Below, piece by piece: positions 1 to 10,400 of a stretch of 64,000 nt of DNA (positions are counted from its first letter, which is position 1; each line of letters begins with the position of its first letter). The stretch covers positions 18,514 to 82,513 of the forward strand of contig JAQBRI010000008.1 of NCBI GenBank assembly GCA_028286585.1. Direction: 5' to 3'. Position numbers and translations under genes: made by a program. This DNA comes from Candidatus Kaiserbacteria bacterium (GTDB lineage: Bacteria > Patescibacteriota > Minisyncoccia > Phycocordibacterales > UBA2100). The notes below the pieces were generated by a model. That model worked only from the letters and a program-made list of their open reading frames with translations, did no database searches and was not told the origin of the DNA.

Positions 1-246
1 CAGCGGACGTTTGGAAAAATGCGCGATACCGAGCGTGGAGAATTGATGAAGTACTTTTGCAAACGCCTCAATATTGACCGTGTCATGGATAGTTACCCCA
101 AGATTACAATGGGTCATATGGGCAAAATTTTGGAACAAATTCCAACCAAGGACTTATATTATCTCAAGCGCGTCTGCGATGATTCCAAACATTTTTCAAA
201 GCGATTTTGGTGGGAGCTCGATCCGGAGAAACATCCTGAGAAATAA
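1..246 (+). CDS. Hypothetical protein, frame open at window start (possibly 5'-truncated)
   Basis: Frame is open from base 1 to TAA at 244-246; basic/aromatic C-terminus (DLYYLKRVC..FSKRFWWEL); no recognisable family. Confidence 0.55.
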   Translation, partial: QRTFGKMRDTERGELMKYFCKRLNIDRVMDSYPKITMGHMGKILEQIPTKDLYYLKRVCDDSKHFSKRFWWELDPEKHPEK

Positions 247-273
247 AAAAGAGGCCGCGATTTCTCGCAGCCT
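245..273 (-). terminator. Intrinsic terminator
   Basis: Minus strand GGCTGCGA-GAAA-TCGCGGCC stem (one G-U) followed by TC and a T6 run. Confidence 0.6.
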
Positions 274-380
274 TAAGGTTGAAGCAGGGTATACCATGCT
301 GACACTGTGTCCGCATGTCTTTTTATGGTATATCTTTGGGGTATTTTGTCAATTGGCTTTTCCCCTATACAATGCACTCA

Positions 381-1397
381 ATGTCATTCTCTTTTTCTCC
401 CAAACTCGGCATCGATCTTGGTACGACCACAGTGCTTGTTTTTTTGCCAGGCAAGGGGATTGTATTGCACGAACCATCGGTCGTTGCCGTCTCGACCCGT
501 GACAATCGAATCCTAGCCATTGGTAATGACGCAAAGGAGATGATCGGACGCACACCGGACGAAATAATCGCATACCGTCCAATGAAGGACGGTGTAATAG
601 CCGATTATCGAGTGACCGAAGCAATGCTGCGATACTATATTCGAAAAGCGCTTGGTAAGTGGAATCATTTTCGACCCGAAGTGATGATCTCTGTTCCTGC
701 GGGCGTTACCTCGACCGAGCGTCGCGCAGTCGTTGAGGCTGCAACAAAAGCCGGTGCGCGCGAAGCTTATGTTATTAAGGAACCGATTCTTGCTGCGATT
801 GGCGCTGGCATTCCCATTCACGAAGCACGCGGACACATGATTGTTGATATTGGAGGAGGCACAACAGACGTCGCCGTGATTTCGCTTGGCGGAATTGTTG
901 CCTCGACTTCGGTCAAATGTGCCGGCAACCGCATCGATCGTGCGATCATCGATCACATAAGAAAAACATTCAATCTTTCTATCGGAGACAAAATGGCCGA
1001 AGAAGTAAAAATTACTATTGGATCTGCGTGCCCAATGGACGACGAATTGTTCATGACAGTCAAGGGCCGTGATCATCTGAGTGGTCTGCCTCGTTCGATC
1101 GAAATTGGAACAAATGAGGTTGTGCGCGCTATAGGCAAGGAACTTCGCATGATTGTTCAGGCCATCAAGGATGTGTTGCAGGAAACACCGCCAGAACTTT
1201 CGGCAGACATTATCGACAACGGTATTATCATGACGGGCGGCAGTTCACTTTTGCGTAATTTTCCTGATCTTATCTTTCGCCGTACAGGAGTTAAGGCGCG
1301 CGTCGCAAAAGATGCTCCGTATTGTGTTGCCAAAGGCACCGGTGAAGCACTTAAGCATTTGGACACCTACAAAAAAGCGATCATCACCAAACGGTAA
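381..1397 (+). CDS. mreB: Rod shape-determining actin-like protein MreB (stand-alone paralog)
   Basis: GIDLGTT, EPSVVA, DIGGGTTD and TGGSSLL motifs; start set at ATG 381, 7 nt after TACAAT. Confidence 0.93.
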   Translation: MSFSFSPKLGIDLGTTTVLVFLPGKGIVLHEPSVVAVSTRDNRILAIGNDAKEMIGRTPDEIIAYRPMKDGVIADYRVTEAMLRYYIRKALGKWNHFRPEVMISVPAGVTSTERRAVVEAATKAGAREAYVIKEPILAAIGAGIPIHEARGHMIVDIGGGTTDVAVISLGGIVASTSVKCAGNRIDRAIIDHIRKTFNLSIGDKMAEEVKITIGSACPMDDELFMTVKGRDHLSGLPRSIEIGTNEVVRAIGKELRMIVQAIKDVLQETPPELSADIIDNGIIMTGGSSLLRNFPDLIFRRTGVKARVAKDAPYCVAKGTGEALKHLDTYKKAIITKR

Positions 1398-1415
1398 AAG
1401 TGTCAGTATTGTTTT

Positions 1416-1970
1416 TTATTTCTTCAGCTTCTCGATATCTTCCATTAATTTGCGTAAATCACTTTGAATCGTGGCAAGGGTGCGCTCGTGGTCGACTGCA
1501 GCTTTTTCTTCTACTTTTTCGTCCTCGGTCATTTCGTCGACGTCTTCACTAATTTCTTCGACATTTTCCTGAATCTCATCAACGTCTTTCTGAATCTCAT
1601 CAACGTCTTCACTAATTTCGCCAACGTCCTCCTGAATCTCATCGATATCCTTTTGAATTTCTTCGACGTCCTCTGTCATTTCTGCCATGTCCTCTTGAAT
1701 TTCTCCCAAGTCTTCACTGACTTCTTCGATCGTTTGACTGTTCATGTTGACACTCATTTGTATAAAGAGTGAAAGATAAATTGCCTCGAGCGAGACGATG
1801 GTGGTAAGGATAAGCATCATTTCCTCAAATGGAATGAGTCCCATCAAGACCGAAATAAAGGCACTCACAAAGAGAATGGTGTGCACTATGATAGACGTAA
1901 TAGAACCGATGCCCTTGGTTATGGCAGTCGCAAATTTCTCAAAGTTGGTCATTTTACCGGATTTACTCAT
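1416..1970 (-). CDS. DUF1003-like two-TM membrane protein with acidic heptad coiled coil
   Basis: LTTIVSLEAIYLSLFIQMSVN segment followed by (E/D)VDEIQ-type 7-aa repeats. Confidence 0.7.
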   Translation of the reverse strand: MSKSGKMTNFEKFATAITKGIGSITSIIVHTILFVSAFISVLMGLIPFEEMMLILTTIVSLEAIYLSLFIQMSVNMNSQTIEEVSEDLGEIQEDMAEMTEDVEEIQKDIDEIQEDVGEISEDVDEIQKDVDEIQENVEEISEDVDEMTEDEKVEEKAAVDHERTLATIQSDLRKLMEDIEKLKK

Positions 1971-2006
1971 GGCGGTATTCTAGCACGTGTTTGCTATACT
2001 ATTCAT

Positions 2007-2672
2007 ATGATATTGACAGGCAATTCGTGGATTACGCAAGGCGAGGCCGAGGACATTCCGCAAGTGTTATCGCTTTTGAGAGATAAGGGAATTAATACCG
2101 AGGCCAATCCTGACCTCTCGATACGCACCTATAGCACCTTTGGTATTGATGATGCGCAAGAATTGAGCCTGCGATCCTTTTCTCGTGCAAGCGGAAACGA
2201 GCGCGTATTTGTAATTGCCTGCAGCGTCATAACAACCGAGGCGCAAAACGCACTTTTAAAAACACTCGAGGAGCCGCGTGCCGATGCACTATTCTTTTTT
2301 TTGGTGCCGACACCCTATACACTATTGCGCACCATTCTTTCGCGTGTACAAGTAGTGACGCTTCCAGTAAGCAGCACAACAAAAGCAGATTCATTGGTGG
2401 ATATAAAACTTTTTTTAGCATCGTCGCCCAGTAGTCGAATCGAACTACTAAAACCGCTTTTAGAAAAGACCGATGACGATGTCTATAACACTCCGATCAT
2501 ACTTAGTTTTTTCTCACATCTCGAACAGTATGTCTCTAATATTGCCGATACTGCTATTCGGGCATCAGTGTTACGACCTCTGTACACTGCCCGACAATAC
2601 GCGACCGACCGCGGAGCACTCGTCAAAACGCTTTTAGAAAGTCTTGCGCTTCTCTTGCCTGTGATACAATAA
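2007..2672 (+). CDS. holB: DNA polymerase III delta-prime-like subunit (short)
   Basis: EAQNALLKTLEEP and TILSR motifs; start ATG 2007 after TGnTATACT. Confidence 0.8.
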   Translation: MILTGNSWITQGEAEDIPQVLSLLRDKGINTEANPDLSIRTYSTFGIDDAQELSLRSFSRASGNERVFVIACSVITTEAQNALLKTLEEPRADALFFFLVPTPYTLLRTILSRVQVVTLPVSSTTKADSLVDIKLFLASSPSSRIELLKPLLEKTDDDVYNTPIILSFFSHLEQYVSNIADTAIRASVLRPLYTARQYATDRGALVKTLLESLALLLPVIQ

Positions 2673-2678
2673 ATACAT

Positions 2679-3230
2679 ATGACATACGACTTTTCACAAC
2701 TTGATACAGGATTACAGGCAGCAAAAGAGTGGCTTATGCGAGAATACGCAGGAGTGCGAACCGGGCGGGCGACACCGGCAATTTTGGATTCTATTGGCGT
2801 TTCGGCCTATGGTTCGATCATGCCTATCAAGCAGGTTGCAAATATTAGCGTCGAGGACGCACGAACACTTCGGGTAATTCCTTTTGATATGTCTGTCGCA
2901 AAAGATATCGAACGAGCAATTGCCGCTGCAAACCTAGGTGTTGGAACCAATGCAGACAGCGCAGGATTACGAGTAACCTTTCCAGAGCTTACAGGCGAGC
3001 GCCGTACCGAACTTGTTAAAATCGCAAAGCAAAAGCTTGAAGAAGCACGAACTGCAGTGCGTGTCGCACGAGATGAATGCTGGAAAGCCATTCAAGAAGG
3101 GGAACGCGAAGGCGACATGAGTGAAGACGAAAAATTCTCTAGCAAAGATGCAATGCAAAAGAAAGTTGATGAAGCAAATTCAGGATTGGAACAGCTTTTT
3201 AATTCGAAGGAAAAGGAAATGGGCGCGTAG
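2679..3230 (+). CDS. frr: Ribosome recycling factor
   Basis: RTGRATPAILD and PELTGERR motifs, 183 aa. Confidence 0.95.
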   Translation: MTYDFSQLDTGLQAAKEWLMREYAGVRTGRATPAILDSIGVSAYGSIMPIKQVANISVEDARTLRVIPFDMSVAKDIERAIAAANLGVGTNADSAGLRVTFPELTGERRTELVKIAKQKLEEARTAVRVARDECWKAIQEGEREGDMSEDEKFSSKDAMQKKVDEANSGLEQLFNSKEKEMGA

Positions 3231-3246
3231 TATATAGTACTTTGCT

Positions 3247-4344
3247 ATGTATACGATCCTCATTGTTGCTGCAATTCTTGTTTCGCTTGTTGTCATTCAT
3301 GAACTCGGGCATTTTATAACTGCAAAGCTGTTTGGTATTCATGTTGAAGAATTTGGCGTGGGATATCCGCCACGAGCATTTACCTTTGGTGTTTGGGGCG
3401 GCACCGAATATACCATCAACTGGATTCCATTTGGTGGATTTGTTCGTTTGTGGGACGAAGAAAAAAGTACAAAAAATCGCAGTAACGGTTTTGCTGCGGC
3501 AAAACCCTGGAAGCAAATAGTTGTATTAGTCGCTGGTGTAGTGATGAACTTGATCGTGGCATGGCTCTTGTTTGCAACAGCGCTTCATACGGGCGTTCAG
3601 CGTGCGATAAACGCAGACAGTGCAAAAACAGACCCGCACGCGATGCTTACTGTGACCGATGTGTATCCTGGTTCGCCTGCTGCGGCCGCCGGAATTAAGT
3701 CCGGCGACAGCATCATTTCTCTTGTCGATCCTCGGGGTGTTGCTCTGACTAATCCTACTCCAACGACTTTGGTCAAGTATGTGAGCGCTCGCGGTGGAGT
3801 ACGGCTTTCTATTACTTATATTCACGCCCTCGACACCATCACTGCAACGGCAACGCCTGCAAATGCGATTATTCCAAACGCGCCAGCGCAGCCAGCGCTC
3901 GGCATTGGTACACGGTTCGTATCAACGCTCGCGCTGCCATGGCACGAGGCATTATATGAAGGATTTTTTAATACATGGGATTCACTGGTGACTGTGTCTG
4001 CTAGTCTGTGGGAGTTGATAGTACAAAGTGTGCACGGTACCGCCGATTTGAACAGCATCGTTGGACCTATTGGTCTGGTGGGAGTCGTTCATGATGCGTC
4101 TCAAAATGGTTTTGGAACAGTGCTCGCGCTGGCTGCATTTATTTCGATTAACCTAGCGCTCATTAACAGTATCCCAGTACCCGCTCTTGATGGTGGTCGG
4201 GTTATCTTGGTTTTACTCGAAGCTATCATTCGCCGGAAAATTCCTGATATTTTAGTACAAGCGATAAATTTGTGCGGAGTAGTTTTGATAGTCTTGCTTA
4301 TGGTTATTGTGACATACCACGACGTCGTCCGATTGTTTGTGTAA
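3247..4344 (+). CDS. rseP: RseP-like M50 intramembrane metalloprotease with PDZ domain
   Basis: HELGH, IPFGGFV, PGSPA (PDZ) and NSIPVPALDGG motifs. Confidence 0.92.
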   Translation: MYTILIVAAILVSLVVIHELGHFITAKLFGIHVEEFGVGYPPRAFTFGVWGGTEYTINWIPFGGFVRLWDEEKSTKNRSNGFAAAKPWKQIVVLVAGVVMNLIVAWLLFATALHTGVQRAINADSAKTDPHAMLTVTDVYPGSPAAAAGIKSGDSIISLVDPRGVALTNPTPTTLVKYVSARGGVRLSITYIHALDTITATATPANAIIPNAPAQPALGIGTRFVSTLALPWHEALYEGFFNTWDSLVTVSASLWELIVQSVHGTADLNSIVGPIGLVGVVHDASQNGFGTVLALAAFISINLALINSIPVPALDGGRVILVLLEAIIRRKIPDILVQAINLCGVVLIVLLMVIVTYHDVVRLFV

Positions 4345-4424
4345 ATTTCAATCCACTTGTAGTGAAATGAAGTTATTCGACTTTATACTCTTGCGCTTTT
4401 TTAAGCGTATGAAAATATTAAGTC

Positions 4425-7400
4425 ATGTCATATCGGACGCGTTATGGGTCTATACGCATCCTCCAAAAAGGTTCTCTTTTTTCGCGCTTCGCATCAATCA
4501 TTGTAAGTGCAACAATGTTGCTAAGTCCATTCTCGGCACTTGCACAAGAAACTCCACCCACTGACACGCCTTCTGACACTACGACCACTGCACCTACGAG
4601 CGATACTACTGATTCAACGGATGTGCCCCCAAGTGATTCAGCTGCGAGTACACCAACTGATACAACCCCGCCTTCAAGTGATAATGCGGCATCACAACCT
4701 AATCTGGACGCGCCTACAGATGAGTCTGATGTCTCATCGACCGCAGTTTCAAAAAAACCGATATCGATGACTTCCTCTGCATCAATTGTAGCCAACCCAA
4801 GCCCTCAAGATACGCCATATTCAAATGCCATGCCGCGCATTAATGTTCAAAAGGATAAGGGGAGTCTTTCCTATGGATATGACATTAAAGCTCCTCGAGG
4901 AATTAACGGTCTAACACCAGATGTATCATTAGGATATTTAAATAACAGAAGGGATGAAGGTTCTATTGTTGGGTTTGGTTGGGCATTGTCTGTCCCAAAA
5001 ATAAGTCGAGTCAATAAAACGGGTGTCGAAAATTTATATACATCCAATACATTCACATCATCTATAGACGATGAACTGGTACAAGTCGGTACTAGTACCA
5101 AATATGTTCCTCGTGTTGATAATGGTTCATATCGCTATTATGTTATGGCGACATCTTCATGGACAATGTATACAAAAGACGGTACCGTCTATACCTTTGG
5201 TGTACTACCCGAGTCTCGTGAGGCGTCTTCGACTAATATAGCGACTTGGTATGTTTCAACGAGTACCGATAGTAGAGGAAATGCAATCAGCTATCGTTAT
5301 ACTAATACGAACAATATTGTATATCCTGATTACATTACTTATGCGACGGAAGGTGGGGCACCAGGATTCAAAATACAATTTACATTACAAACACGCACAG
5401 ATCCAATTACATTATATAAAAATGGCTTTTCACAATCTATAACCCAACGAATCTCACAAATAGATGTTTACGTAGGTAGTGCAATACGTGATTCATATCT
5501 TCTTGGTTATACATCTGGAGTAAATGGTGTACGCTCACTCTTATCGAGTATCACTGAACAAGCAACAAGCAAAGAAGGGACAGTGACGACTTTGCCAGCA
5601 ACATTTTTTGCCTATAACGGTGCACTTACCTGGCAGGCCGGTACAAGTGCGCCTTATATAAATATAGTGTATGGACAAGTATTTCCATCTGGTTTACCAG
5701 GAATTCAAAAATTTGTCGATTCGAACAGTGATGGAATTAACGAGATACGTGCAGAATATTTCAGTAATACATTCACAAATTACATAACTTATTTTGACAC
5801 GGAAACAAACACCACAAAGAATGCGAATTCTTTTAGTGGAAATAGTCTAAGTATTGGATCAACCGGCAATATGAATTCATTTCCGGGACTTGGATATACT
5901 CCTTCTGAGGGAGTGGCAGATGGCAGTCTCATAGATACCAGAGGTAATTTTCAGCCAGATTATATTCATGCACAAGTTATTGATGCATCATGTACAGGTA
6001 CAGGAACACAACATTTTAACGGTGGCCTCTTTCTAAATACCGGTTCTTCAGCTGTGTCAAATACTTCGTCACCAACAAGTACTTCGCCAATTTTATCACT
6101 ATATTCATGTAATGGAGGGACTATTAGAGGGGGTGGAATGTGGGGAGATATAAACGGTGATGGTTTATTAGATGTTGCACAAAATAATTATAATATTGTC
6201 GCAGGTGGTTTTTTGGGTGCATATGGAATCTACCCAAATTCAGCTACATATACAAATAACTCTCATGGAGGGTTTACATATCAATCTCAATGGGAATCAC
6301 CACACTTAAGCGGATTTTATGATCCAAGCGGTCCAGTACCATATGATACTCAGTTGGTAGATCTCAATAATGACGGACTAGTTGATTTTTATTCGATCAA
6401 CAATACTAGCAGTCTTAATTTTTCGGCGTATTTAAATAATGGACAAGGTTTCTCGAGTGCTTCTAGTTCTTGGAATTATGCAACAGGTGGTGCCACGAGT
6501 CCTTTTGATGACGGGGTCCGAATGATGGATATAAATGGAGATGATTTGCCCGATATTGTTAGAAGTTATCATGTTGATCATCAATATGCAGGTACTTTTG
6601 CTTCGACTCCTCCATGGGTATCCGGTGGTAGCGTGAATGAAGTATACGTAAACACTGGTGATGGGTTTGTTGCATCAAGTTCTACGGTACCGGTTACGTT
6701 TGCATCGTATGTCGGAGGTTCAACCTCTTGTCCCACGTGTTCATATACGTGGAATAATGACTTTGCGCTTAATAATTATGCTGACACCGATGGAGACGGA
6801 TTGGTAGACCTGGGTACTCGAAGCGTCCCAAAGAAGGCCGATATGCTCGCCGTTATTACTTCAACAACTGGTGCCTCTACAACTATTTCATATACTCCTA
6901 CACCGCAAGAAATTCAAAGTGGCGCAATGCTGAATCCTAATCTCCCGATCATTATCTATACTCCAACTGAAATTAAAACAACAGATAATAGTGGAGTCTT
7001 ATCGGATACAACTTATTCATATACTAATGGCCTCATGTATTATGCGAGTTCGACAGATAAAACATTTGCTGGTTTTAAATCAGTTACCGAGACGTCCGGC
7101 AATCATGCAATAACGACATATTATTCTCAAGGAAATACAAATGATAGCTCTCTCGGTGAACAAAACGATCAGTATGCTCTTATCGGTAAACCATATCGCC
7201 AGGATGTTGCAAATTTAAGTGGCAATATTTTGCAGAAAACCTGGTATCGATATGTCGCGACACAACCAAATAGCAACAATTATTTAGTATTGCCGTCCGA
7301 CACGATAGTTCAATCATTTGATGTATCTAGTAACCATAGAGAACGTGCGACTCATTATGTATACGATTTATCAGGCAATCCTGTAGATGTCACTGATTAT

Positions 7401-10400
7401 GGAGAAGTGGCGGCAGCTGACAGTGTTATGTCATCATATTCAGATACTGGAAGCGATTTAAGTCGTACCCACTTCGAATATGCAACTTCAACAGCAACCT
7501 CAAGTGTTCCAAACATAACAACAAGTTATATATCTCGTGCGACTCAATATAATCAAGCCGGCATACAAATATCCGATACCAAACATTTATATGACAATCT
7601 CGCGTATGGTTTAGTGCAGCGTGGAAATGAAACACAAACTCCGCAGTGGATCTTTGGTTCAACATATGCAACAAGTACCCAATCCTACAACGCGTATGGA
7701 CTTATAATTTCCAAGAGTGATCCAAAATTTAGTACAACAACTATCGCATACGATTCAAATAATCTGTATCCAGCAACCACCACAAACGCACTTAATCAAA
7801 GCACACTCTACACCTATGATGTCCGATTCGGACTCGTAATTAAGTCAGTAGATCCTAACGGTCTCGTAGCGAGTACGTCATATGATGGTTTAGGCAGACC
7901 GCTCGAAATAGACGGACAAGATGCTTCAAGTACAATAGTTAAATTACTTTCGTATAACTACAATGATGCGACAAGCAGTCTCTCGATGCAAAAAATCACA
8001 TGGCTAAATGGAGCACTCAGTATCCCAGTATATTCCTACAAAGATGGATTGGGACGCACAATCCAAACTGCAACTCAGGCGGCCGTATCGCAATGGATAA
8101 TGCAAGATACAACTTACGACAGCAATGGTCGTGTGTACAGGCAATCGCTCCCATATTTTAATTCGACCTCGTCCAAAACAGCAGCAACGAGTACTGCATA
8201 TTTGTATTCCACAACTACATATGATGCTCTTGATAGGCCAGCAACAACCACAAACGCTATAGGTTTTTCGACGATCTTATATGGCACATGGAATAGCAAA
8301 GTTACGGATGCAAATGGACATATTAAGGACTATATAAAAGATGCTCGAGGTAATCTTGCTCAAGTTGTCGAGCATGGAACATCTATTGGCACTACAACAT
8401 ATGAATATGATGGAAAAAATAATCTTGCGACTACTACGGATGCAATGGGTAATATCCGACACTTCACGTATGACGGACTCAATCGACTTACGCTTTCTGA
8501 AGATCTACATTCAGCAACTGACACCTCGTTCGGATCCTATTCATATGCATACGACTTAGCGAATAATCTTACTAGTAAAATAACACCAAATGGTCTTACG
8601 ATAAGCAGTACGTATGATGTGCTGAATCGTCAGCTTACAGAAGATGCAACGACAACCTCAAATATTGATAGTACATATACTTATGACTCATGTACAAATG
8701 GTATTGGCAGACTGTGTAGCGCCTCATCGACTTCTGCAAAAATAACTAATTCTTATTATTTACCAGGATTTATTGCAAGTTCAACGACAACGATAAAAGG
8801 AATTAATTATTTATTATCGTATTTGTATGATCGGCAGGGAAATCAAATAAGCATTACGTATCCTGATAATTCACAAGTGATGTATTCATACGATGATGGC
8901 GGTTTAATTAGCCGCGTTCAGCATGCAGAAGTTGGAAGCGCACTGTCAGATGTAATTTCAAATATAAGTTACGCCCCCATAAACCAGCCAGCCATCATTT
9001 CATATGCTAACGGAGCAACAACTACTAAAACATACGATCCTGCATCGTTGTATAGACTCACGCGGATTTTTACCACAGCGAGTACCACCATTACAACAGT
9101 AAGTACTTCTACACTTGGTACATCAACGGTAAATATTTTAGTAGTTGGAGGCGGAGGTGGAGGCGGTAATGTTTCTGGACAAGGTGCCGGGGGAGGAGGC
9201 GCAGGAGGTTATCAAGCATACAGCTCATTTATATTGAGCCCACAAACATATACTGTCACGGTTGGAGCGGGAGGCAGTGCTGGAAGCAATGGAGGCAATA
9301 GTATATTTGATTCCATTACTGCTATTGGTGGTGGAGCCGGCGGTTTTTCTAATGGTGGTAATGGTGCAGCTGGTGGTTCTGGCGGAGGCGGAGGGGGAGC
9401 TGGATCAACTGGTGGCGCAGGTACTGCTGGGCAAGGACATTTTGGTGGAAATAACGGTAGTTTTTCAGGTGGATCAAGTGGTGGAGGAGCGACAGGCGTC
9501 GGCACAGATTCCGGTAGTCAAAATGGAGCTACAGGAGCGGCAGGTACTGCAAGTAGTATTAGTGGAACATCCGTTACTTATGCTGGAGGAGGCGGAGGTG
9601 GAGGCGGCGCAGCACCTAGTTCAGGACCAGGTGGCGCAGGAGGTGCTGGTGGTGGCGGTGCTGGAGGAGTAGGTGGATTTGGAGGCTACGGCATCGCAGG
9701 CACTGCTAATACTGGAGGCGGTGGTGGCGGGGGTGGCGCTACTAATGCTAATCCTGGCGGCGCTGGTGGATCTGGGATTGTAGTTATAAGTTATCCAACC
9801 GCTAATGCATCATTGTTTACGTGTAGTGCTTCAACTACTACATCGGGATCAAATAGTATTTGTAAATTTACATCAAGTGGAACATTTAGAATGGCAACAA
9901 CAACCGCAACAACCACTATAGTTACTACATATATTGGTGCTCCGCTACAGGATTTAAATTATACTTACGATGCAGTTGGTAACATTACTCGTTTCTTAGA
10001 TAATTCAATTACAGGAACAGCAAAAGATGTTGCATATACATATGACAATTTAAACAGACTTACACAAGCTCAAATCACCACTGCAACAAGTACTGCAGGT
10101 AGCTGGTATAACTCATCATGGAACTATCGCATACCTATTAATGCGAGTTCTACAAAGGTTTCGGAAGATACACACGATGTATATCTCGACCTCTCATTGC
10201 TACCTTCTACATTCCAATCAAATGTAAAATCGGATGGCTGCGATATCCGCATGACAAAATCAGATGGAACTACCGAGCTTGCAATAGATCTTGTGCGCTA
10301 TGGATCTGGCACAGGAGAGTTACATTTTTCGACAGGAAATGGTCTTTCAACCTCGACAGCAACAACATATTATCTTTATTATGGAAATGGCGGGGCATCA

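Noticed and set aside
9130-9800. Gly-rich block as collagen or a PE-PGRS gene
   Set aside because: No strict Gly-X-Y periodicity and no PE domain; it is an in-frame domain of the Rhs protein
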